A DNA stretch of 64,000 nucleotides from Alphaproteobacteria bacterium (GTDB lineage: Bacteria > Pseudomonadota > Alphaproteobacteria > UBA828), in the NCBI GenBank assembly GCA_965220745.1, contig CBDCQT010000013.1:448001-512000 (forward strand), read 5' to 3'. Below are positions 8,969-19,287 of this stretch, piece after piece. Made by a program: the position numbers and the translations under genes. Each line of letters opens with the position of its first letter. Within the stretch, counting starts at the first letter, position 1. The notes beneath the pieces are model-generated. The model worked only from the letters and a program-made list of their open reading frames with translations, ran no database searches and was not told where the DNA came from.

Positions 8969-10592
8969 GTACCTGCTCCGTTGAGTGACCCGCCGTGCCG
9001 GCTTCTCCCTGATTGCCCAATGCCAGGCTGAGGACCGTCTGTTCGGCGATGCGGTCCTTGGTGACATCGCCGCCGACAAGCTCTCGAACCACCCGACCGC
9101 GCGCAAAAATCAGGACGCGATCGCAGATCGCCGCGAGTTGTCCGTAGTCGGTACTAGCGCAGATGACCGCCGCACCCTGCTCCGCCACGTCGCGGATTGC
9201 CTCGAAGACCTGCTGCCGGGCTCCAACGTCCACGCCCTGGGTCGGCTCGTCCAGCAGCATGAGGGACGGGCTCGTCTGCATCCACTTGGCGAGCAAGACC
9301 TTCTGCTGATTGCCGCCGGAGAGAGACTCGAGTTCCCGCTCCGGCACGTTGGGCCGCACGTCGAATTCCCTGCCCAGCTCGGACGCCCTGCGCCGCATCG
9401 CACGACGCTTCAGGCCGGTCAGGCCGTGGAATGAAGAGAGGACAGGAAGGGTGATGTTGTCGATAAGCGTCAGGTCGCCGACGCCGGCCGTCCCGAGGCG
9501 GTCGCCGGGAAGCAGCGCAATGCCTCCCTCCATCGCCCGCTGCGGCGAAATGTCATGCAGATCGTATGACTTGTCGTGGATCGTGAGCGTGCCCGACGCG
9601 GCCCGTGAGGCGCCGAACAACAGGTATGGCACCTCGTCGAAACCGGAGCCGATCAAACCGGTCAGGCCGAGAACTTCGCCGCGGTGCAAATCCACGGAAA
9701 GATCGACGACGGTGCCGCCGGTCAGGTCGCTCACGGCCACGTCGACCTCCGCCCCGCGCAGGTCGTGCGCTTTGGCCTGGAACGCCTCGATGCGGCGGCC
9801 GATGATCAACTCCACGAAGTCGGCGTACAACGCGTTTGCCGTTTCGAGGGTCCCGGCAACGCGGCCGTCACGCAGAATGGTGGCGCGGTCGGTGATTTCG
9901 AGCACCTCGTCAACGTCGTGCGAGACGAAGATGACGCTTGCACCCTCGTCGACAATGCCACGCACCAGGCCGAAGAGCTGGCTGACTCCTTCCTTCGGCA
10001 GAAACGGCGTGGGCTCGTCGAGAAAGAGGATGCCCGGCGTGTCGTGCGCCGCGCGTTCGCCGCGGATGTCGTCGAAGGCGCGAACGATCGCGAGGAGCGC
10101 GCGCTCCACCTGTGGCAGATCTTCCACCTTGGCCGACGGGTCCAGGTCGAGGTCGAAGCGCGCGAAGACCTCTCTGGCGCGTTGCCGTTCCCGCGCCCAA
10201 TTGATGTAGGCGCCCGCGCGCGTCGCAAGCTCGCTGAGCATCAGGTTTTCAAGCACGGTCAGGCTGGGCATGAGACCGAGATGCTGGTGCACGAAGGCAA
10301 GCCCCAGCCCGCGAAATTGGCCGGGCGCCAGAGGCAATGGAACGGGGCGCCCGAAGACTTGCAGGGTTGCCCCGGTGTCCGGGGCATGAAAGCCCGCGAG
10401 AATCTTGATCAGCGTCGACTTGCCCGAGCCGTTTTGGCCCAGGAGCCCGTGAACTTCGCGTGGGGCAACCGTGAAGGCGACGTCGCTGAGCGCCTTCTCG
10501 CCGCCGAATGTCTTGGAAACGTGCTCCGCAAACAGAGCGGGGGCGCTGGTGTCCGGCGCCCCCGTCCCGAGATCGGAGTGACTGCTACTCAA
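8961..10592 (-). CDS. CUT2 ABC transporter ATP-binding protein (tandem NBD)
   Basis: GQNGSGKST, FLDEPT, LSGGNQQKV, LLDEPTQGVDVGA. Start set at TTG 10592, overlapping the binding-protein stop. Confidence 0.92.
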   Translation of the reverse strand: MSSSHSDLGTGAPDTSAPALFAEHVSKTFGGEKALSDVAFTVAPREVHGLLGQNGSGKSTLIKILAGFHAPDTGATLQVFGRPVPLPLAPGQFRGLGLAFVHQHLGLMPSLTVLENLMLSELATRAGAYINWARERQRAREVFARFDLDLDPSAKVEDLPQVERALLAIVRAFDDIRGERAAHDTPGILFLDEPTPFLPKEGVSQLFGLVRGIVDEGASVIFVSHDVDEVLEITDRATILRDGRVAGTLETANALYADFVELIIGRRIEAFQAKAHDLRGAEVDVAVSDLTGGTVVDLSVDLHRGEVLGLTGLIGSGFDEVPYLLFGASRAASGTLTIHDKSYDLHDISPQRAMEGGIALLPGDRLGTAGVGDLTLIDNITLPVLSSFHGLTGLKRRAMRRRASELGREFDVRPNVPERELESLSGGNQQKVLLAKWMQTSPSLMLLDEPTQGVDVGARQQVFEAIRDVAEQGAAVICASTDYGQLAAICDRVLIFARGRVVRELVGGDVTKDRIAEQTVLSLALGNQGEAGTAGHSTEQVHG

Positions 10593-11706
10593 GGCCCCAC
10601 AGCGTGCGGAAGCCGGAGACGTGCACGTCGCCGTAACCGCGGTCGTAGTCCGCCGGGGTGCCGGCATCGTTCGCGTTGCTGCTGTCGAAAATATAGAAGG
10701 GTACGTTCAGCTCAGCCGGCTCGGCCAACCCGCACAGCGTCCGCATGTGCGAATCGAGGATGCCGCGTGCAATCCAGCCGAGCGACTCGCCGACATCCAT
10801 CTCCACCTGCCCTTGCTGGATCAGGTCGATGACGAAGGGCGTGCCGTTGAACGTCGCGATGTTGACCTGCCCCGTCTTGCCGGCCACGCGGACGGCAGGC
10901 ACGACGAACTGCGACATCGAGTCGTAGATCGGGATGAGGTAGTTGACGTCCGGGTTCGCGAGCAGCGCCGACTGGACGCTGGGCTGAATCTTGGTGGCCC
11001 ACTCGGGCACCGGTGCATTGATGTAGGCCACTTCCTGACAGTCCGGACAATTCGCCTGGAGCGTGTCGCGGATACCCTGGACGAACGGCGCCGTCGGAAC
11101 GATCTCGTCAGAACCGATGATGACGACGTTGGCCTTGCCCTCGGTCTGACTGATGGCCCAGTTCGCGAGGATCTGACCGACCTTGTAGAAGCTCAGCGGC
11201 ACGGCGCCGTCGACACTCTCGTGCGGCGTCTGGGTCAGGTCGTAGAAGTGCGATGTCTTGACGACGATACCGGCGCCCGTCGCCGCCTGGATTTGCGGCA
11301 CGATCACGCTGGGATCGACGCCGCCGAGGAGATCGATCAGGTCGAAGCCCTCGTTGATCGCGAAGTTGATGCCCTGCACCCATTGCGACGGTTGCGCCTG
11401 GTTCTCCCACTCCGTCACCTCGACGCCGGCTTCGGTTCCGGCTTCGATCATTGCCAGGGCGATGTTCTTGGTGAACGGGTTCGCGCTGGACACAGGAATG
11501 GTCAGGACGCGCTTTCCGGCTGCACAGGACTTCGCGTCGAACGCGGGTCCCGGGGCGGAAAACACCGGCTTGGCGCGGTGTTCCTCGATCATTTGACGAG
11601 CGGCGTCCAGGCCCTGAGCCTGGGCCCCACTCAGCAAAGCCGTCACCGCAACAGCGGCGACGGCGCCCACGGCAGCGGCCGTGGTCTTGGCATAGACTCG
11701 CTTCAT
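10585..11706 (-). CDS. ABC transporter periplasmic substrate-binding protein (RbsB-like fold)
   Basis: Signal peptide MKRVYAKTTAAAVGAVAAVAVTALLSGAQA with GGAGG RBS; ALLANPDVNYL; head of the CUT2 operon. Confidence 0.88.
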   Translation of the reverse strand: MKRVYAKTTAAAVGAVAAVAVTALLSGAQAQGLDAARQMIEEHRAKPVFSAPGPAFDAKSCAAGKRVLTIPVSSANPFTKNIALAMIEAGTEAGVEVTEWENQAQPSQWVQGINFAINEGFDLIDLLGGVDPSVIVPQIQAATGAGIVVKTSHFYDLTQTPHESVDGAVPLSFYKVGQILANWAISQTEGKANVVIIGSDEIVPTAPFVQGIRDTLQANCPDCQEVAYINAPVPEWATKIQPSVQSALLANPDVNYLIPIYDSMSQFVVPAVRVAGKTGQVNIATFNGTPFVIDLIQQGQVEMDVGESLGWIARGILDSHMRTLCGLAEPAELNVPFYIFDSSNANDAGTPADYDRGYGDVHVSGFRTLWGLE

Positions 11707-11927
11707 TTGAAGCCTCCCTTGATGCGCCCTTGATGGGTCGTTATCGGCCGGCAATGCCGACCGCTAGCCACAATCTACCACTTGCCGGAATCACGAAGCT
11801 ACCCGGACCACCGGATTTGCGACCATCGGGCCTGCTGGCGGCCCGCCTTGGGGAGAGGTTCTCGCCACGATCAGGATAAGCCGCTCGCTTCCGCGCCGCC
11901 TCGCGCCGTGGTAAAAGCCGCCCCGCC

Positions 11928-12001
11928 TGGGGCGTAGCCAAGCGGTAAGGCAACGGGTTTTGGTCCCGTGATCCCAGGTTCGAATCCTGGCGCCCCAGCC
12001 A
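11928..12001 (+). tRNA. tRNA-Gln(TTG)
   Basis: TGGGGCGTAGCCAAGCGGTAAGGC...anticodon arm ACGGG-TT-TTG-GT-CCCGT...GTTCGAATCC...CCA. Confidence 0.97.
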
Positions 12002-12053
12002 AGCCCTGCCGCCGGCATCTGAGGAGAGGGTCGATCCCCCGCCGCGATAACCC

Positions 12054-13373
12054 ATGATCCCGCGCTACTCACGCCCGGAGATGGCCGCGGTCTGGGCACC
12101 CGAAACCAGGTTCGCCATCTGGCTGGAGATCGAGCGCCACGCGCTCGACGCGTTGGTTGCGCTCGGGCAGGCGCCGCAGGAGGCGGCAGACGCGCTCGCA
12201 CGCGCCATCGAGGAGCACGAAAACGCGCTCGTCGATCCTGCAAAGATCGAGGCGATCGAGCGCGAGACCCGGCACGACGTGATCGCCTTCCTCACCAACC
12301 TCGCGAACCACGTAGGGCCGGAGGCGCGCTTCATCCACCAGGGCCTCACGTCCTCCGACGTGCTCGACACCTGCTTCGCGGTGCAGCTCGACCGCGCCGG
12401 CGCCTTGCTGGCAGACGGCGTCGAGGCCGTGGCTGTGGCATTGGAGCACCGCGCCTTCGAGCACAAGAACACGCTCTGCGTCGGCCGCAGCCACGGCGTC
12501 CACGCCGAGCCGACGAGCTTTGGGCTCAAGCTCGCGGGCCACTACGCCGAGTTCGCCCGTGCCGGAGAGCGGCTGAAGGCGGCGCGTTGCGAAGTCGCGA
12601 CCTGCGCCATCTCCGGCCCGGTCGGCACATTCGCGAGCGTCGATCCTTCGGTCGAGGCGCACGTCGCGGCGCAGATGGGGCTCGCGCCGGAGCCGGTCTC
12701 GACCCAGGTCATCCCGCGCGATCGCCACGCCATGTATTTCGCCGTGCTCGGCGTCGTCGCCGGCGCCATCGAGCGGTTGGCGGTGGAGATCAGACATTTG
12801 CAGCGAAGCGAGGTGGGGGAGGCGGCCGAGGCCTTCGGCAAGGGCCAGAAGGGCTCGTCGGCCATGCCTCACAAGAAGAACCCGATCCTGACCGAGAACC
12901 TGACCGGCCTCGCCCGCATCGTGCGCGCGGCCGTGGTGCCGGCGCTCGAGAACATCGCGCTCTGGCACGAGCGCGACATCAGCCATTCGGCGGTGGAACG
13001 CGTGTTTGCGCCCGACGCGACCATCGCGCTGGACTTCGCGCTGATGCGGCTCGCCGGCGTCGTCGATGGTCTCGTGGTCGACGACGCGGCGATGCGGCGC
13101 AATCTGGAGAGCCGCGGCGGTCTGGTCTACAGCCAGCGCGTGCTGCTGGCGCTGATTGAGCGCGGCATGTCGCGTGAAGAAGCTTATTCTATGGTTCAGG
13201 AGACCGCGCTAACGGTTTGGGAAAGCGGTGGAAGTTTCGAGGCCGCGCTCGCGGCTGACGAGCGGGTCGCGGCCGCGCTGGATCGCGCGGAACTCGCCGC
13301 GCTCTTTGCGCCTGAGCAGTATCTAAAGCACGTCGATACCATCTTTGCCCGCGTGTTCGGGCGAACGGAGTGA
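12054..13373 (+). CDS. purB: Adenylosuccinate lyase
   Basis: MIPRYSRPEM, TRHDVIAF, GRSHGVHAEP, GSSAMPHKKNP, LWHERDISHS. Confidence 0.97.
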   Translation: MIPRYSRPEMAAVWAPETRFAIWLEIERHALDALVALGQAPQEAADALARAIEEHENALVDPAKIEAIERETRHDVIAFLTNLANHVGPEARFIHQGLTSSDVLDTCFAVQLDRAGALLADGVEAVAVALEHRAFEHKNTLCVGRSHGVHAEPTSFGLKLAGHYAEFARAGERLKAARCEVATCAISGPVGTFASVDPSVEAHVAAQMGLAPEPVSTQVIPRDRHAMYFAVLGVVAGAIERLAVEIRHLQRSEVGEAAEAFGKGQKGSSAMPHKKNPILTENLTGLARIVRAAVVPALENIALWHERDISHSAVERVFAPDATIALDFALMRLAGVVDGLVVDDAAMRRNLESRGGLVYSQRVLLALIERGMSREEAYSMVQETALTVWESGGSFEAALAADERVAAALDRAELAALFAPEQYLKHVDTIFARVFGRTE

Positions 13374-13403
13374 ACGACCGACAATGGAAGGGAGTGGACG
13401 GTC

Positions 13404-14150
13404 ATGATCGAGATGCAGGACCACATCGCCGTGATCACCGGTGCCGGCAGCGGCTTCGGCGAGGCTAGCGCGTTCAGGCTCGCGCGGGAGGGGATGCCGA
13501 TCTTCTGCCAGGACATCAACGAGGAGAACGCCCAGCGCACGGCCGCCAAGATCCGAGAAGGCAACGGCCGGGCCGAGGCGATCGGCGGCGATGTCGCGAG
13601 CGAGGCCGACGTGAAGGCGATGTTCGAAGCCTGCCGCAACGCCTTCGGCGACTGCACGCTGCTCTTCGCCAATGCCGGTTACGCCCAGCTGTCGCCGTTC
13701 GTGGAGATGAAAACGGAGGACTTCGACCGCATGGTGGCGGTGCTGCTGCGCGGCGTCTTCCTCTGTGATCGCGAGGCGCTCGGCCCGATGCTGGAGAAGG
13801 GCGAGGGCGTGATCATCAACACCGCCTCTCAGCTCGGTCACAAGGGTGCCAACGAGATGGCCCATTATGCGGCGGCGAAGGCCGGCGTGATCGGGCTCAC
13901 GAAGTCGCTGGCGCTTGAAGTCTCCAGCCGCGGCGTGCGGGTCAACGCCATCGGCCCCGGCCCCTGCAACACCCCGATCCTCAACGACATCTCCAAGGAG
14001 TGGCAGCAGGCAAAGGCCGCCGAGTTGCCGCTCGGGCGCTTCGGCGAGGCGTGGGAGATCGCCGAGACCGTGGCCTTCCTCGCCGGCCCCGGCGGCGCCA
14101 TCTACGTGGGCCAGACCCTCGGGCCCAACTCCGGCGACGTGATGCTGTGA
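13404..14150 (+). CDS. Classical SDR oxidoreductase (FabG-like)
   Basis: TGAGSGFG, ANAG, YAAAK, GQTLGPNSGDVM C-terminus. Confidence 0.9.
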   Translation: MIEMQDHIAVITGAGSGFGEASAFRLAREGMPIFCQDINEENAQRTAAKIREGNGRAEAIGGDVASEADVKAMFEACRNAFGDCTLLFANAGYAQLSPFVEMKTEDFDRMVAVLLRGVFLCDREALGPMLEKGEGVIINTASQLGHKGANEMAHYAAAKAGVIGLTKSLALEVSSRGVRVNAIGPGPCNTPILNDISKEWQQAKAAELPLGRFGEAWEIAETVAFLAGPGGAIYVGQTLGPNSGDVML

Positions 14151-14166
14151 GTGCGGCGCTCCCGCT

Positions 14167-14340
14167 TTACGCGCCGTCGCTGTCCCGATCCGGCGGCGGC
14201 GCGGCGGCCTTTCGTTCGCTCTTCTGGCGCTTGCGCCGGCGCAGGTTCTCCCGCAGAGCGGCGGCCAAGCGGGCTTCGCGCTCGGGCCGCTTGCCTGTAC
14301 CGGGAGCGGCCGGCTCCCGCTTGCGTCGATCTGACATCAT
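14167..14340 (-). CDS. Small basic conserved alphaproteobacterial protein
   Basis: REARLAAALRENLRRRKRQ motif, recalled from small hypothetical proteins often next to murA. Confidence 0.65.
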   Translation of the reverse strand: MMSDRRKREPAAPGTGKRPEREARLAAALRENLRRRKRQKSERKAAAPPPDRDSDGA

Positions 14341-14423
14341 GACGCTTGTCAACGTAGCACGGATGGCAGAGCCTCGCGCCGGGCGGCGGCCTGAGCCATA
14401 TCGGCGCACCGGGGAGAGAGGCG

Positions 14424-15731
14424 ATGGCTGATCCACTGGCCTTCAAGCGCGACACGCTGAGCCTGCACGCGGGCCAGAAGCCGGATCCCACGACCGGCGC
14501 GCGCGCCGTGCCGATCTACCAGACCACCTCCTACGTCTTCGACGACACCGAGCAGGCGGCCTCGCTCTTCAATCTCGAACGCGCCGGCCACATCTACACG
14601 CGCATCTCGAACCCGACGGTCGCGGTGCTGGAGGAGCGGATCGCTGCGCTGGAAGGGGGTGTCGGCGCCGTCTGCACGGCGAGCGGGCAGGCGGGGCTCC
14701 ATCTTGCGGTCGCGACCCTGATGGATGCCGGCGGGCACATCGTCTCGTCCGCGTCGATCTACGGCGGCAGCCATAACCTCTTCACCCACACCCTGCCGCG
14801 CTTCGGGATCGAGACGACCTTCGTCCATCCCCGCGACACCGAGGGGTTCCGCACGGCGATCCGGGCGGAGACGCGGCTCGTCTTCGGCGAGACGCTGGGC
14901 AATCCCGGCCTGGAGATCATGGACATGCCGGCGGTCGCTGCCATCGCCCACGAGGCCGGCGTTCCCCTGATGATCGACAGCACCTTCGCCACGCCCTGCC
15001 TCTGCCGCCCGATCGATCACGGCTGCGACATCGTCATGCATTCGGCGACCAAGTTTTTGGGCGGACACGGGGTCGCCATCGGCGGCGTGATCGTCGATGC
15101 CGGAAAATTCGATTGGGAGGCTTCGGGCAAGTTCCCGACGCTCACTGAGCCTTATCTGGGCTATCACGGTATCGACTTCGCCGAGGAGTTCGGCCCGGCA
15201 GCGTTCATCGCCCGCGCCAGGGCCGAGGGCCTGCGGGATTTCGGGGCGTGCATGAGCCCCACCAACGCGTTTCACATCCTCCAGGGCGTCGAGAGCCTGC
15301 CGGTCCGCATGGCGCGCCATGTCGAGAACGCGCGCAAAATTGTGGCCTTTCTCGATGACCACGATGCGGTCTCCTGGGTGAGCTACCCGGAACTTGCGTC
15401 CCACCCCGATCACGAGCGCGCGAAGACCCTGCTGCCTCACGGCTCAGGCGCAATCTTCTGCTTCGGCGTGAAGGGCGGCCGCGAGGCGGGGCGGGCCTTC
15501 ATCGAGGCGGTGGAGCTGCTCTCGCATCTCGCCAACGTCGGCGACGCCAAGAGCCTCGTCATCCATCCCGCCAGCACCACCCATCAGCAGATGGATGCCG
15601 CGGCGCTGGAGGCCGCGGGCGTCGGCGAGGACATGGTGCGGCTCTCTATCGGGCTGGAAGACCCCGACGACCTGATCGCTGATCTCGAACGCGGCCTCCG
15701 CGCGGCAGCGCGGGCCGCGAAGGGCCGCTAG
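14424..15731 (+). CDS. metY: O-acetylhomoserine aminocarboxypropyltransferase / sulfhydrylase (PLP)
   Basis: [29 protein letters not shown] (PLP lysine), [22 protein letters not shown]. Confidence 0.92.
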   Translation: MADPLAFKRDTLSLHAGQKPDPTTGARAVPIYQTTSYVFDDTEQAASLFNLERAGHIYTRISNPTVAVLEERIAALEGGVGAVCTASGQAGLHLAVATLMDAGGHIVSSASIYGGSHNLFTHTLPRFGIETTFVHPRDTEGFRTAIRAETRLVFGETLGNPGLEIMDMPAVAAIAHEAGVPLMIDSTFATPCLCRPIDHGCDIVMHSATKFLGGHGVAIGGVIVDAGKFDWEASGKFPTLTEPYLGYHGIDFAEEFGPAAFIARARAEGLRDFGACMSPTNAFHILQGVESLPVRMARHVENARKIVAFLDDHDAVSWVSYPELASHPDHERAKTLLPHGSGAIFCFGVKGGREAGRAFIEAVELLSHLANVGDAKSLVIHPASTTHQQMDAAALEAAGVGEDMVRLSIGLEDPDDLIADLERGLRAAARAAKGR

Positions 15732-15733
15732 CC

Positions 15734-16528
15734 GTGGATATCAAAGTAAACGGGGCGCTGGCCTTCGCCGCCACCGGCGGCCGGGCGTTCGATCCCAGCC
15801 TGCCGGTGACGATATTCGTGCACGGCGCCGCCTTCGATCACACGGTCTGGAAGCTGCAGGCGCGCTACTTTGCCTGGAACGGCGGCAGCGTGCTGGCGGT
15901 CGACCTGCCCGGCCACGGCCGCTCGGAAGGACCGCCGTGCCCCACCATTCCGGCGATGGCGGACTGGCTCGTCTCGCTCATGGATGCGGCGGAGGTCGGC
16001 GAGGCCAACCTCGTTGGGCACAGCATGGGCGCGCTGGTCGCAATGGACGCTGCGGCGCGCCACGGCACACGCGTCCGCAAGCTCGCGCTGCTCGGTGCAG
16101 CGCCTGCGATTCCGGTCAACGACCTCCTGCTCAGCCTCTCGACCGAGGACGATCACCACGCGCTTGAGCTGCTCACCGGCTGGGGCTACGGGCGGCGCGC
16201 GCACTACGGCGTCCACAAGATGCCGGGAATCTGGATGACCGGCGGCGGGTTGCGAACCCTCGAGCGCGCCGCGCCCGGCGTGTTGCACAACGATCTGGTC
16301 GCGACCAATGCCTACGAGGGCGGCGAGGCGGCCGCCGCGGCGGTCGCCTGCCCAACACTGGTGGTGATCGGTGCGCGCGATCTGATGACGCCGGCGAAGC
16401 GCGGCCATGCGCTCGCCGGGATGCTGCCCGATGCGACCACGGTGGTAATTCCGCAAGCCGGCCACATCATGCTCGACGAGGAGCCCGACGCGACCCTCGA
16501 CGCGCTCAAGGATTTTTTGGTCGATTGA
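15734..16528 (+). CDS. Alpha/beta hydrolase
   Basis: FVHGA, DLPGHGRS, GHSMG nucleophile elbow, D(LMTP) and GHIM catalytic His; 2 bp after metY. Confidence 0.9.
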   Translation: MDIKVNGALAFAATGGRAFDPSLPVTIFVHGAAFDHTVWKLQARYFAWNGGSVLAVDLPGHGRSEGPPCPTIPAMADWLVSLMDAAEVGEANLVGHSMGALVAMDAAARHGTRVRKLALLGAAPAIPVNDLLLSLSTEDDHHALELLTGWGYGRRAHYGVHKMPGIWMTGGGLRTLERAAPGVLHNDLVATNAYEGGEAAAAAVACPTLVVIGARDLMTPAKRGHALAGMLPDATTVVIPQAGHIMLDEEPDATLDALKDFLVD

Positions 16529-16558
16529 TTGCCGCCGCCCCCGACGGCAGCGTAACCG

Positions 16559-17248
16559 CTATGCCACCAGGCGGTAACCGCCGCCCTCGGTGATCAGCAG
16601 GCGGGGGTCGGATGGCTCGGCCTCGATCTTCTGCCGCAGCCGGTAGATGTGGGTTTCCAACGTGTGGGTCGCGACGTTGGCGTTGTAGCCCCACACCTCG
16701 CTCAGCAGCACGTCGCGGGCGATGACCCGGTCGCGCGCGCGATAGAGGTACTTGAGGATCGCGGCTTCCTTCTCCGTCAGGCGAATCTTGCCCTTGCCAT
16801 CGGGCCGGAGCAGGAGCTTCGACGCGGGCTTGAAGGTGAACTCGCCGATGGTGAAGGTTGCGTCCTCGCTGTGCTCGTGCTGGCGCAACTGGGCGCGGAT
16901 GCGGGCGAGCAGGGCGCCGAGGCGGAAGGGCTTGGTGACGTAGTCGTTGGCGCCGGAATCGAGGCCGAGGATGGTGTCCGCCTCGCTGTCGGCTGCGGTC
17001 AGCATGATGATCGGCACCGCGATGCCGCTGCGCCGCATGAGCTTGCAAAGCTCCCGGCCGTCCATGTCGGGCAGGCCGAGATCCAGCAGGATGAGGTCGA
17101 AGCGGCCGCTCTTGATCGCATCGAGAGCCGCGCGACCGGTCCCGGCCTCGCTCGCCGAAAACTCCTCGTACATGTGCAGCTGCTCGGCGAGGGACTGGCG
17201 CAGCGCCTGGTCGTCGTCGACGATCAGGATGTTCTTCTGGGCGCTCAC
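16559..17248 (-). CDS. cenR: OmpR-family response regulator, CenR/OtpR ortholog
   Basis: LAEQLHMYEEF, LLDLGLPDMDGRE, LGLDSGANDYVTKPF, HEHSEDATF, KIRLTEKE, VWGYNANVATHTLETHIYRLRQKIE, matching recalled CenR signatures. Confidence 0.85.
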   Translation of the reverse strand: MSAQKNILIVDDDQALRQSLAEQLHMYEEFSASEAGTGRAALDAIKSGRFDLILLDLGLPDMDGRELCKLMRRSGIAVPIIMLTAADSEADTILGLDSGANDYVTKPFRLGALLARIRAQLRQHEHSEDATFTIGEFTFKPASKLLLRPDGKGKIRLTEKEAAILKYLYRARDRVIARDVLLSEVWGYNANVATHTLETHIYRLRQKIEAEPSDPRLLITEGGGYRLVA

Positions 17249-17273
17249 GCTAGCGCCACCTCGACGGCCGGAG

Positions 17274-17349
<76 letters not shown>

Positions 17350-17444
17350 GCAATTCCGGGCACGCCGCGCGGCGGGTGGAACCCTAGGCGCTCCGCCGCT
17401 CACGACGCAAGGTGAAACAAGAATTAGGCAGGGTCCGCCGCGGG

Positions 17445-17768
17445 TCAAGACTCGGCCTGTGTCGGCTCCCTCTTGTCGATGCCTTCGACCAGACCGTCGT
17501 TGCCGTGATCGATGTCGTCGATCATGTCGTCGTCATCGTCGGTGGCCTCATCCACCGCGCCCGCCACGACATCGTCGTCATTGGCGGGCGGCGCCTGTGG
17601 TGGCGGCGGTTCCGGCTGCACCGGCGGGCGGCGCCGATTCGGCCGCGCGGTCTCGACCTCGACCACGGTGCCGCACTTGGGACATTCGATTGGTCTGCGA
17701 TGCAAGTCGTAGAACTTCGCGCCGCAGCCCATGCAGGTGTGTTTGTTACCCCACTCCCGCTTTGCCAA
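17445..17768 (-). CDS. TIGR02300 / FYDLN-acid family zinc-ribbon protein
   Basis: AKREWGNKHTCMGCGAKFYDLHRRPIECPKCG plus acidic tail; divergent from aroA. Start could be 17768, 17774 or 17783. Confidence 0.88.
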   Translation of the reverse strand: MAKREWGNKHTCMGCGAKFYDLHRRPIECPKCGTVVEVETARPNRRRPPVQPEPPPPQAPPANDDDVVAGAVDEATDDDDDMIDDIDHGNDGLVEGIDKREPTQAES

Positions 17769-17867
17769 GCCCATGCCTCCCATACTCTTATTTTCAATTG
17801 TGGCCGTCGCCAATGCCAGTTTGGCGCCGCCCTGTCAAAACCAAAATTTGGATCGAATTCGGACCGC

Positions 17868-17895
17868 TTGACGCCGCCCGGCGCTGTGCTAGAGA
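17868..17895 (+). promoter_or_regulatory. Candidate sigma70 promoter of aroA-cmk
   Basis: TTGACG-N16-TAGAGA in an AT-rich divergent intergenic region. Confidence 0.45.
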
Positions 17896-17958
17896 CGGGG
17901 CGTGTCCGACGCCATTGCCACGCCACGCGCGCGCCGCGAGGACTGCGCCGGAGAGCAC

Positions 17959-19287
17959 GTGCCGCACCCCCTGATCTCCTCGGCTGCCGGCCCCTTGAAG
18001 GGAACCTGCTCGGTGCCCGGCGACAAGTCCATCTCCCACCGTGCGCTCATGCTCGGCGCGCTCGCGGTCGGCGAGACTCGCGTCAGCGGCCTCCTGGAGG
18101 GAGAGGACGTGGTGGCGACGGCAGCCGCGCTCCGCGCCCTCGGGGCAACCATCGAGCGGGCCGATGACGGAAGCTGGCGCGTGCATGGCGTCGGCGTCGG
18201 CGGGCTGGCCGAGCCCGACGCGGTGCTCGACCTCGGCAACTCCGGCACCGCGGTGCGCCTGCTCGCGGGCATCTGCGCGAGCCACGGGTTCACCACGGTC
18301 ATGACCGGCGATGCCTCGCTGCGACGGCGGCCGATGGGCCGGATCATCGAGCCGTTGGAACGGATCGGCGCGCGTTTCGAGGCCCGCAGCGGCGGCCGGT
18401 TGCCGTTCTCGCTGATCGGTGCCGACCAGCCGCTGCCCATCGAATATCGTCTGCCGGTAGCGTCGGCGCAGGTGAAGTCGGCGGTGCTGCTCGCTGGTCT
18501 CAATGCGCCGGGGGAGACCCGCGTGATCGAGCCTGCGCCGAGCCGCGATCACACCGAGCGCATGCTGCGCCGCTTCGGCGCGCATGTCGGCGTGGAAGCA
18601 AACGCGGACGGCGGCAGCGTCATCGCCGTCACCGGCTATCCGGAGCTCCAGCCCTGCGTACTTACCGTGCCGGGCGACCCCAGCGCTGCGGCGTTTCCGA
18701 TGGCTGCCGCCTTGATCGTGCCCGGCTCCGACATCGTGATCCGCCGGGTGGGCGTCAATCCCGGCAGAATCGGCCTGTTCGAGACCCTGCGCGAGATGGG
18801 TGCCAGGATCGAAATGGGGCCGCGTCGCGAGTTGGGGGGCGAGCCGCTTGCCGACATCGCGGTGCGCGCCGGCCCGTTGCGTGGGGTCGACGTGCCCGCC
18901 GTGCGGGCGCCCAGCATGATCGACGAGTATCCCATCCTGAGCGTGATTGCCGCATGCGCCCAAGGCACCACGCGGCTCAGCGGGCTTGCCGAGCTGCGCG
19001 TCAAGGAGAGCGACAGGCTGGGCGCGACCGCCGCGGGTCTCCGTACCGCCGGTGTGACGGTGACTGAGCGGGACGACGGGCTCGATATTCTGGGCTGCGG
19101 CGGCCCGCCGCCCGGCGGCGGCCTGGTGGCGACCCATCTCGATCATCGCATCGCCATGGCCTTTCTTACCCTCGGCATGGCGAGCGGGAAGCCCATGACC
19201 GTCGACGACGGGTCGATGATCGGCACCAGCTATCCGGGTTTCGTCGCCGACATGAACCGTCTGGGAGCCTCGATTGTCGAGCAGTGA
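17959..19287 (+). CDS. aroA: 3-phosphoshikimate 1-carboxyvinyltransferase (EPSP synthase, class II)
   Basis: PGDKSISHRA, DLGNSGT, ASAQVKSA, RDHTERML, ELRVKESDRL, DHRIAMAF. Confidence 0.97.
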   Translation: MPHPLISSAAGPLKGTCSVPGDKSISHRALMLGALAVGETRVSGLLEGEDVVATAAALRALGATIERADDGSWRVHGVGVGGLAEPDAVLDLGNSGTAVRLLAGICASHGFTTVMTGDASLRRRPMGRIIEPLERIGARFEARSGGRLPFSLIGADQPLPIEYRLPVASAQVKSAVLLAGLNAPGETRVIEPAPSRDHTERMLRRFGAHVGVEANADGGSVIAVTGYPELQPCVLTVPGDPSAAAFPMAAALIVPGSDIVIRRVGVNPGRIGLFETLREMGARIEMGPRRELGGEPLADIAVRAGPLRGVDVPAVRAPSMIDEYPILSVIAACAQGTTRLSGLAELRVKESDRLGATAAGLRTAGVTVTERDDGLDILGCGGPPPGGGLVATHLDHRIAMAFLTLGMASGKPMTVDDGSMIGTSYPGFVADMNRLGASIVEQ

